A stretch of DNA of 64,000 nt from Lama glama (taxonomy: Eukaryota): NCBI GenBank assembly GCA_028534125.1, contig CM052817.1:28522001-28586000 (forward strand). The letters run 5' to 3'. Position 1 is the first letter of the stretch, and each line of letters starts with the position of its first letter. Both the position numbers and the translations under genes were made by a program. Positions 51,304-61,620 of the stretch are shown here, in pieces. The notes beneath the pieces were generated by a model that was not told the DNA's origin, ran no database searches, and saw only the letters and a list, made by a program, of their open reading frames with translations.

Positions 51304-52444
51304 AACATTGTATTGGAGATTCTAGTCAGTGCCATCATGCACAAATGAAAGAAAGAGATGTGGCGCCAGTTAGAAAAGGGAAAAGTGAAACTCTATTTGA
51401 AGAAGACATGATCGTCTGTGTGGAAAATCTGATGGACCCACAAAAATAGCTTATAGAACAAATTAATGAGTTAAGCAGAATGCAAAAATCAACATAAACA
51501 TGAAATGCATTTTTATATACTGCTAATAAACTATCAGAAAATGAAAGTAAAAACAATGCCATTTACACTGACATAAACATATATGAAATACTTACATATA
51601 AATCTGCCATATATGTGCAAGACTTATACAATAAAAACTACAAATCATTGCTGGGAGAAATTAAAGAAGTCTTAAATACATGGAGAGATATACTTTGTTC
51701 ATGAGTCAGAAGACTCAATATTGTTCAATACAAATTCTCCCCCAAGTTGATGTGGATTCAACACAATACCAATCAAAATTCCTACAGATTTTCCTTTTTT
51801 TTTTTTTTTAGTAGAAACCAACAAGCTGATTTTAAAATCTGAAATGCTCAGGGCCTGGAACAGCTAAAACAAAAATACCTTTTTCTTGAAAAAAGAAGAA
51901 CAAAGTTGGAGGACTAACGCTCCTGACTCCATGAACAGTGGCCTGGTTATTATAAAACGGCAGTGATCAAAAGAATCCAATACTGGTGTAAAAGGAGTGA
52001 GAAAGATCAAAGGAACAGAGAGAGAGTCCAAATATAGACCCATACATTTATGGACAACTAATTTCCAACAGAAGTTCAAAGGCAATTAATTCAGTATAGA
52101 AAGGGTCTTTTCAACAAATAGTGTTGAATTAATTGGATATTCAGATATAAAACAATACCTGAACTCCCATGCATCTTCACATCTTAAACAAAAATAATTC
52201 AAAATGAATCATAGAAATAAACATAAAACTCAAAACTACAATTCCTAAGAGAAATAAAATTTTATTATGTTGGATTAGGCAAAGATTTCTTACAGCACTA
52301 CAGCGCATTCTGTAAAAGAACAATTTGGTAAGCTGGGCTTCATCAAAATTTAAAACTTTTGCTGCTTTTCAAAAAAAAAAGGATATTAAGTAACTGGAAA
52401 GATAAACCACAGACTTGGATAAGTATTTGTCAACATACATCTGA
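51304..52444 (+). mobile_element. Old L1 ORF2 (RT region onward), inverted relative to the adjacent 3' piece
   Basis: Degenerate LFEEDMIVCVEN (compare L1 LFADDMIVYLEN), followed by recognisable ORF2 sequence to ...aacatacatctga. Confidence 0.85.
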
Positions 52445-52669
52445 AATTATTTTGTTTGTTCATTGCTATAATAGGTTACTAGAGGGTCAAGTTCTTGTAA
52501 ATATTTTTAACTGCTGTATGTCTAACATGTAGAATAGTGAACATAATAGGTCCTCAAAAAATATTTCTCTGATGAAAGAATGAATGAAGTAACAAACAGA
52601 CAAATCAGCATATAGGTGAAAACTGAAGCTTTGAAAGACTTGAAAGGACCTGAGGATAGGCATATATTT

Positions 52670-52830
52670 GCCTCTCAAACTTTAGTGTCAAATGAAATCA
52701 TTTTGAAATCTTATTAAAAATTTAGATTTGGATTCAGTAAATTCTGAGATGGGCCTTGAAGTTCCTGCACTTCTAACAAGCAGGTGATGGCAAGACTGTG
52801 GCCCTGGAATCACCCATTGAGAGACCATGG
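52670..52830. mobile_element. MER5A-like hAT-Charlie MITE
   Basis: tctcaaactttagtgt...gattcagtaaattctgagatgggcc...ctgcacttctaacaag.caggtgatg...ttgagagaccatgg. Confidence 0.75.
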
Positions 52831-53589
52831 TACAAAATAGGATTCAACTCAAGACAAAGCTATACAAATGAAAGTTAATTTGTAAGTATGGAAATTAACA
52901 TTGTTCCTTTATAAAAGAATTGGCAATGTTCTTATTGCCTGAGGTCACTTGCTGAGGAACAGTGGCACGAAAAACTAGGAGGATATTCAGAGGAGGGAAA
53001 GATGAAAGAAAAGGAGAGTCGTTTTCAAAGCAGAAAACGGGTAAAATAATTTCACTGAATCTTTGCAAATATCTATCAACAGAGAAAATATGAAAATGTA
53101 GACTCTGTATGATGGAGAGTCAATATACAAACAAATTAATCCTTTAAAAAAAATCATCTACAAAACTGAGGTGTTTTTCTCTCCTGTTGCTTATTTATTC
53201 CCTGCCTCCCCCACATCCTTGCTTAAACCAGAAAATGAAGACGCTCTAAAAAGTAAATCGATTTGGTAGGTCTGCTTGCTAACAACTCCAGGAAGACCCT
53301 GATAAAAGAAGGAGGTTGGAATTTAATTGTTCAAATGAGATTTGGGGATTTGCTGTAGATTTCATTAATGTGCTATACCTACCTACCTTCCATTTCTACA
53401 GGGATTTGACAGCTGAGCATAATGAACACATATTTGATGTTTAGGATAAAAATAAATAAATCAAACTGTCACCTAAGCATACATCTTACACACTATTGCG
53501 TTTTATATAACCTAAAACATATTTTACTGAGAAGACAAAGCATTTGAGGGATGAAACTCTCCTAATCATATAAGCAACTCATTACATTG

Positions 53590-53930
53590 CTGAATAGCTC
53601 TGCCAGGCCTCTCTTTTTCATACTGAAATAAAACTGTCTCCATTCAATTATTCCAACTCATTTTCTGTAGCTCTATGGAACACAAATTCCAATTCCTCTT
53701 CCAGGTTTCAGATTTTCAAATACGTGAAAGTGAAAATCACGGTGCCAACTTCTCTTAAGCTGAGTGTCTTCAACACCGGACAACATTCTTCAATGACAGG
53801 AGCTACAAACATTTGATTATATTGTTCACACTGCTCTCGTTACGTCTTCATCGTCTGTGTCCTATTGCAAATCTTACCGTCAACAGTAAATACTATTTTT
53901 AGTATGTTGGAACAGAGGACTTCCTTAACC
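53590..53930 (-). mobile_element. L3/CR1 3' fragment
   Basis: ttttcaaatacgtgaaagtgaaaatcacg...cttctcttaagctgagtg and the downstream layout resemble the antisense L3 3' region. Confidence 0.5.
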
Positions 53931-54444
53931 CAAACTATATGTATATATAGGTTTATGTAAAAAAAAATTAAAAACAAAACAAACTTTATATACATAATAT
54001 CTATCTATCTATCTATCAATACAGTCCAAGTTTACAATTAGTTTTTACACCAAGAATAGGCACCAAGTAAGAATCAGTTTAATTCAGAATTACCCTGCTT
54101 CCAATTGGCTTCAGTGAAAACTGGATCCATGTATCCTAACACATTCTACCTCTTGTCTGGACCACATATTATACTAGAAAAAATGACAATGTATCTACCA
54201 GATACTGTTTACTCTTGGCCAGACATATACTCTTTTACCTGCAAATTTTCCCGCTATGCAAATGAAGCATGCATAATTCTACTTGCCTGTCCACAAAAAC
54301 TCGTGTCCATGATAGCACTTTGTGAAAAATGTCATGAAAATAATAGCATTTACTATTTATTTCAAATTTTAACAAATGTTACTCATAATAATCAAACCGA
54401 CAAGTTTTCAAATTCGACAAATCTGGATTTAAAATGTTTCTGTG

Positions 54445-54620
54445 CTATTTACTCCCTGTCTCTGACCTTGAGCAATTTCTTAACTTTTCTGACCTTCAGT
54501 TATGTTGTCAACAAATGTATTTTTATACCTAACTTGTACACTTTTGAGGAAGATTAAGTGAGAAAACTTGTGCAAAGCGTTTAGTATAAGATATGGTATG
54601 TAGTAAGCAACTACTAAAGA
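54445..54620 (+). mobile_element. MIR SINE
   Basis: tgaccttgagcaatttcttaacttttctgaccttcagtt...gaggaagattaagtgaga. Confidence 0.8.
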
Positions 54621-56709
54621 TACTCATAATTTCTACTCCTCATAAAAGACTTCATCATCAAGAACAATTACATTTATTTAATTATATATCCTATTTGACT
54701 TAGAAAGAAAAAATATATATGGTACATTTTAGAAAGTCTCCAATTGAAAATAAATTTTTGAAAATTGACTCAAAAATAAGTTTTGGTTATTTAAAAACAA
54801 ATAGGTCAGCTCATTTTCTTGGAGTATCAGATGCTACTTTATTCTCTGGTTGGAGACACAAGTCTCAAATAATCTTCCAAAATCTGATATTAAAAATAAC
54901 AGTATACATTTTTATAGAATAGTTACCTTGGGCTTGGTCCTGTGCTAGACAATTTATGTGCCTTCATGTGAAACTTGCATCAGCTCTGTGAGGCGATTAT
55001 TGTATTTATTTTTACAGAAGAAGAAACTGGAACATACAGAGATATAGTTGGACTGTTTGAAAACATATGAGAAGGAAAACAAAGCTTTATAAATAAGGGC
55101 CATCTCCCAGGAGATAAAACAGAACTTTGAGAAGCAAAAGGGCGGTAATAATTCACAGTAGTAAAAACACTGAATTAATACACTTGGAGGTAAGGGAGTA
55201 AAGGTCTTGGGACTCAGGGACTAAAACATAAATAAATAAACCCAATAAGTAAGAGCTAGAGGTTATATTAAATTCTAATACGGAAATAGGTGTCCAAAAT
55301 AATTAAGCATAACTCCAGTGACATGTTAAACCGTGACACATAAAACTGAAAACATTTTTTAATGTTGCACAGGCTTTTTTTTTTAATTCGATATGGTAAA
55401 AAAAAGTATATTATGCCACAGAAGTAGTCTTTTTTTTTCTTTTAGTGAGGTCATTTCTAAGAATGTGTTTCATCAAACTTAACGATAACACCATGTATAT
55501 AAAGTTTTTGTTTTTTTTTATAAAATGATTGGTTTCATTAGGTGACAAAAGAGAAGAAGGAAATCAGAGGAAGACTTAGCTCCAAGTCGATCCTGGGTGT
55601 TCACAAAAAATGTCAGTGTTACTTAGCAACTAAAGTTTACATTTCTGGACAGAAGGAATTTGAATTAAACTAGTAATCCCCTTTCAGTGAAGCATCACTT
55701 TAACCAGGCTTTTCCTGCCATGTCATCCAAAATTCTTCTTAAAGATAGATCTTTGTTACTGATACATTTTTGTGTCTGCATGGTACAAGGTTTAATTTAA
55801 AAAGTGTGGAAACTTCTGTGCATTGATAGTATCTTTCTAAGGCTGGAAATCATGTTCTCTTTGCTTTCTTTCACGTATGAAAATGAATCATTTCGGGAGC
55901 ATGAAACAGCTCTTTTGGCAGAAAGCCAGATTCTACTGCAGCCTACTAGTTTACTTCAATTCTAAAGAGAGTTATTTGAGTGTTTTTGCCTTACAAAATT
56001 CATTTTCTGATTCTGAATTTTCTGTTCTTGTGGAGCCTGATCTTGTGGTTCTGAAGTTTTAAGTGCCATGGTTGACTCCAATTTTTCAGCATGGGTCTTT
56101 TTATGAGACATACGTAATGTCAATAACAAATGCAATTCTCCTCTACTGAAAATTTTGTAGCTCAGGCAGAATTTAGAGAAACAAAGAGGCCCGATCAAAG
56201 AGTTTTCCTTAAGGCCATGACACATTTTCTTTTACCAGTTAATCAGCTTGAGACTTTGCAATAACTTTGAAATAGTTTGAGTCCTTCAGGTCAAGAATGG
56301 TGTTAATTTCTGGAAGGAAACCTGCTCTGCTTATAAGCAAAATTTACTTTTGGAACTTTATCTTGTATAAACTGCATGGAAAAGAGAAATAGCTAAGTAA
56401 AACTGGCCTTCACTGGAGCAAATATATGATAATCCTAATTAGCACAGTTCTCCCTTGAAAAGTATCAAATCATATTAGAAGAATTGATATGAAGCTTCTT
56501 GCTAATATTCCTCTGCCAGTGAATTGTGCTGTCATTGAATCTTAAATCAACTTTAAAAAGTTTCTAAGAACAAAAATTTAGATACCATTGACTCAGTAAA
56601 TAATGAAGTCTCGATTCATCAGTGATTTCCTGTATGTTGATGGATAATTGGGGAATTTAAAAAAAGATTTAAATTGCATAACAAATATATTAATCTGCTA
56701 TTTCTTTTT

Positions 56710-57964
56710 TTTGATGTTGATCTTTTTATTTCTTTATTTTTTTAACATTTTTTATTGATTTATAATCATTTTACAATGTTGTGTCAAATTCCAGTGTTCA
56801 GCACAATTTTTCAGTCATTCATGGACATATACACACTCATTGTCACATTTTTTTCTCTGTGATTTATCANNNNNNNNNNNNNNNNNNNNNNNNNNNNNNN
56901 NNNNNNNNNNNNNNNNNNNNNNNNNNNNNNNNNNNNNNNNNNNNNNNNNNNNNNNNNNNNNNNNNNNNNNNNNNNNNNNNNNNNNNNNNNNNNNNNNNNN
57001 NNNNNNNNNNNNNNNNNNNNNNNNNNNNNNNNNNNNNNNNNNNNNNNNNNNNNNNNNNNNNNNNNNNNNNNNNNNNNNNNNNNNNNNNNNNNNNNNNNNN
57101 NNNNNNNNNNNNNNNNNNNNNNNNNNNNNNNNNNNNNNNNNNNNNNNNNNNNNNNNNNNNNNNNNNNNNNNNNNNNNNNNNNNNNNNNNNNNNNNNNNNN
57201 NNNNNNNNNNNNNNNNNNNNNNNNNNNNNNNNNNNNNNNNNNNNNNNNNNNNNNNNNNNNNNNNNNNNNNNNNNNNNNNNNNNNNNNNNNNNNNNNNNNN
57301 NNNNNNNNNNNNNNNNNNNNNNNNNNNNNNNNNNNNNNNNNNNNNNNNNNNNNNNNNNNNNNNNNNNNNGGTTTTCAGAGATGGGGGTATGCACCCTTCC
57401 CCCCAGGGCACATCAACCTTGCTGTTTTATGGAGGGCCCAGGTTGTTCTGCCCTGTGCACCCACAGCCACGGCGCCCAGCCCCTTGCAGTCCCCCGGGGC
57501 TGCCTCCGTGCAGCTGCCCCCGTCCTCTGCCCGGCTTGCGCAGCCTGGCCCTGCCCGCCGCTGCCGGCCCGCGTCTCAGGCTGGGTGTCGGGGGGACCCT
57601 CTGTGCCCGTTTAACTTGGTTCTGTCAGTCAAGGGCTGCTCTGTACAGATCCGAGCCTCGGAGGCTCCCCCTCCGTCCCGCTGGCCTCTCAGTTGGAGAG
57701 GGGAGACCCAGCGAGCGAGCGCCAGTCCTCCCTTGCCGCTCCCTCCCAGCGGGACCCGTCCTGCGCTGCTTTGCCTTTTGTTCTTTCTTTTTTCCTTTTC
57801 TCCTACCAGATTTTTGGCGTCTTTATCTTTTGAAGAGGGTGATGTTCTGTCGGAGTTCCGCAGGTGCTCTGGTTGGCTGAGTGGGTCTGTAGATGTGGAT
57901 CTTGGTGTATTTGTGGGAGAGGGTGACTTAAAAGTGTCCTTCTACTCCGCCATCTTGCCTCTTC
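56710..57964 (-). mobile_element. Young, apparently full-length LINE-1; interior hidden by a 500-N gap (56870-57369)
   Basis: Perfect 16-bp TSD tctgctatttcttttt at 56694-56709 and 57965-57980. The target reads TT/AAAA on the minus strand. L1 3' UTR end with AATAAA (56751-56756) lies on the left. A GC/CpG-rich 5' UTR lies on the right, starting GAAGAGGCAAGATGGCGG on the minus strand. Confidence 0.93.
57370..57964 (-). promoter_or_regulatory. L1 5' UTR internal promoter (CpG-island-like) with YY1 site
   Basis: The only strongly GC- and CpG-rich tract in the window. AAGATGGCGG (57956-57947) lies 8 nt inside the element start, where L1s carry their YY1 site. Confidence 0.8.
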
Positions 57965-58259
57965 TCTGCTATTTCTTTTTAAGTTCTCTGAATATATTTA
58001 TGGAGAGGAAGAGAGAGAGACAGAGGGAGGAGAGACAGAGGGAGGGAGAATTTCAACATTATACTTTCAGTTAATTAAAAACTAAATTTAAGAGCTTACT
58101 TCCCCATTAAACATCTTCAAAAAAACATTTTTTCCTAGATTCACTGATTCTTTGGAATACATTTTTATTCCACAGACCTTTGAAGGAAGTACTATGCATT
58201 GACTAAAAGTATGCTTTTGAAAATCACTGCCCAGTATCTTAATATATCACAATATTAAT

Positions 58260-58770
58260 TAACATAGCAGTACCCAATAAATCTCAGTGGAGAAAACTCT
58301 TAGTTCAATTTATCAAATTATTATTTGTACTACTCCAGCATCTAATTTTCCACAAGTGAGTAGTTAGAAATAAGGGTGGGACCTTCAGAAGTAGTACTGG
58401 CTTTGGACCAATATGTTCCTATTTTGACTCCTCTGCCTTAGCATAGGATTCATGCTCACGAAATATATGTACTTTTGGGCCTGCGTTTACTGTCAATGAC
58501 TCTTAGGGTAGATTCTTTCTCATTCTTGTCTAAGAAAAAGAGCATCACTTTGTCACCAATTTTTAAATTGAACTCCTAGGATTTAGTCTGATTGGACTGA
58601 TTTAGGTTTCCATGTCTTTCTCTACGTTTATTTCTGTGGCTTAAGAGAGAGATTATTCCATTAACTGAGGCAAGACAGCCACACCCACCCCAAGATGAAA
58701 GTCAGCTTCCAGTGAAGCTCAAGGAGAGGAATTCTTTCCAGGCAATAAAAATTAGCAAACATCCACTACC
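58260..58770 (-). mobile_element. MaLR LTR (MLT1K-like)
   Basis: tctgattggactgatttaggt and the terminus aaacatccactac. Confidence 0.5.
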
Positions 58771-59539
58771 CCAAAGAAAGTATAAACTGCTCCTTCCTTC
58801 AAGAAACTCAGTTTTGGGTGGTTTTAAATAATTCAAATTAAAATATTAAAATTCCAGTGCAGATCAGATATGCTTTAGTATCAATACCAGCAGTACAACG
58901 TTAAGTGATGTATGAATTCATAATAATTTACCTGCTAAGTTACATTTGCCTAGTTATCACCGTGTTCTCATTAAGAAAGTTTTTATAGATAGAGTTTTCA
59001 TAGGACATTTTGATTGGTGAATACCGAAGAAAATTGCAGGTGAAAATTTAGCGAGAATAAAGATCGTGTTAAAGGAGGAAGGGCAACCTGATTCAACTTG
59101 AGCAGTGGGTTGTCAATTTGAGCAGAGTAGGTGTTAAGGAGAAAAAATAGATTGAGACTCATTTTGATGCTATTATATGACAATGAATTTTTATATATTT
59201 GATGGAGCCTTGAAGAACAGGAAGCTGAGAAATTAGGAAATTATACCTAATGATCTATAATATGGATTTTCTTAGTTACTTCAAGGTGCAGCTCAAAACT
59301 AATACGATCATCTAAGAACTGGGAATTTGAGTATTTGGAAATAATGTATTCTAAAAAAGAGAACTTCAGGGGACTCTGAATTTTTCTTTGGTTTACCCTT
59401 CCAAATAACTTATTTCTCCTTGATGTTAAAAAGTTTTGCTTTCAAACCCCTAATTTATACATTGTGATACCTGCTATTGCAAAATAACAGGACAATGGAT
59501 TTCAAAACAAGTTAAATGAGGAAAAGCCTTTCTAATCAT

Positions 59540-60090
59540 GATTTGAATACCTAATGCAACTTAGAAAGATTGATAAATTTAACTACAAAATATTAATGAC
59601 AGAAACTGTGTATGCAAAGTAAAAAGAAATGACAAACTGTGAGAAAAAATTTGCAACATAAGTCAGATAAAGAGTTATTATCCCTAATTTACAGAAACTC
59701 ATAACTGATTAGTGACCAACAGTCTATAAAAATGGGTAAAATACATGAAAAAAATTGCAAAATGTGATTTAAGAATGGCCCATAAATAGTCTATGACATT
59801 TACTTTAATTCATGAGAGAAATACAAGTTATGCTACAGAGAAGTATCACTTCTTATCTATCAGACTGACAAACATTTTTAAGACTCCACAGTCCACTATG
59901 TCGGTTAGGTTGTACAAAAACAGGCCATTTTCATACACTGGTGGTAGAAATACAAAATAATCCAACCTCTATGGAGACAAATTTGAAAAATGTCTTACAA
60001 ATTTGGTGTTTATTTACTCTTGGACTCTGCAATTCATTTCAAGGAATTGGCCCTGCGGTATATACCTTAATAGTATAGAAATGCAAATAG
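59540..60090 (+). mobile_element. Ancient L1M ORF2-end fragment
   Basis: gacaaactgtgagaaaaaatttgcaacata...tcatacactggtggtagaaatacaaaat. Confidence 0.7.
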
Positions 60091-60599
60091 GTACTCTAAA
60101 TTCTTCTTCTTTTGTACTTTTATGGGTCAAGGAATTCTGAGACTATTTTAAATGTGTTGTTAAGATTGAGCAAAAAAATGCATGTGTGTGTGAATGTGTG
60201 CACACAGTTGCACCCACGTGGCATATGTATATTGGCATATCATGTGCAAAAAATACATTAGTGGGTGTCCTGTCTAATTCATTCACCTAAGTTATCTCTG
60301 CCTTTGTCTTTGAGCTATTTCACAAATCTGTAAATTGCTGAAAGCTGGTAATAATGTGAATCTTTTTTTATCAATAAAGTGCAAATTCAGTGTCCAAAGG
60401 AATGCAACTGCTTATTGCCTCACTGATAGATCTATTTTGCCTCTATTTGTAAAATACTTCAAAAGTCCCTATCTTCTGTATGTCTCTGCTCTTTGTATTC
60501 TCTTTTGAATAAATTGTAATACATTGTGTCCTCATTAATCAATAAATTACATAAATTTTTGACACTTACTTTATATTTGGTGGGAAACTTGAATTTGCC

Positions 60600-61620
60600 T
60601 TTTGAAAAGCACTTATCCTTTAAAATGTGCACATGTATATGTATTTATATTTTTTATATTAATACATGCACTTACTTCTTTGTGCTGTCCACTGAATGGG
60701 CAAATTCTTGCATATAATGAGCTAATCTAGCACTAAGATCTAAGCCTCTAATATTATTTCCAACTAAAAGGCATGAGGGCTTTTTTTGAAGAATTTGCTG
60801 TTTTCAGATTTATGGCAGGCTAAGTATAAAATGAGCTGGGTGTATGTTGTTATACTAGGAATAAAGGAAGTGCTCAAAAAATGATGGGCACATGTCACAG
60901 GGATGGAGGAACTAGCCTAAAGGAACTCATATGGGTGGATCTGGGACATCGGCTTAAACACCAAAATTATTAAGTAGAGAAATGAATTATAAACAGTTGG
61001 AAAAGTAGAATTTCATGAGTTTATATTGATAATAGATGATTGATAGATTAAATAGATTGATGGAAAAGGAAAAAGGGAGACCTTTTGGTTATAGAATGCT
61101 GAGGGCTAACTCATTAACAAGGAAGAAATGGGATTGGCAAATCAGTATTTTGCAATCATCATTTAAAAGATTCATTTAGAAATGAATCATGGATAGATGA
61201 AAAGTTTAGGGTGAGATTTTGATGAGGAGAAGGCTATTTGTCTCACAATAGACTGCTTAGTAGTTACAAGGGAAAAAAATAGTACTTATTCCATGGACAA
61301 ATCAGACAACACTTTGACCAATTAACATCACCAGTAGTGTTTTGACCAAGTAACATCTCCAGATGGACATAGTGTGACTCCAGATGCTACACCCACAAAA
61401 GGCACAGCTTTGTGTTTTAATACTTCAGCTAGCAATGTATAAACTGAATTTAATCTGGACCAAACATAAGACACAGGAAAGTGAGGAAAGAAAGCACAAG
61501 TGAAATCAAATAGCATATAAAGTTTACAGTAGGTGATCTAGGTTAATCTAGGTTATCAATATTTTTGTTCTTCTAACTTTTAAGTTTAATATTGTTTCCC
61601 AGTAATTTTTTTTAAAGTGT
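60600..61620 (+). mobile_element. L1MC3/4-like 3' UTR
   Basis: ttccaactaaaagg...aaggaagtgctcaaaaaatgatgggcacatgtca matches the recalled L1MC 3' UTR. Confidence 0.7.

Noticed and set aside
54105..54557. 150-aa ORF
   Set aside because: No domain similarity; the 3' end runs into a MIR.
56781..57411. Long ORFs spanning the second gap
   Set aside because: Mostly X residues from Ns.
57484..58074. 196-aa ORF and CpG island as a host gene or promoter
   Set aside because: TTG start. It lies in the L1 5' UTR bounded by the TSD and runs into a GA-rich repeat.
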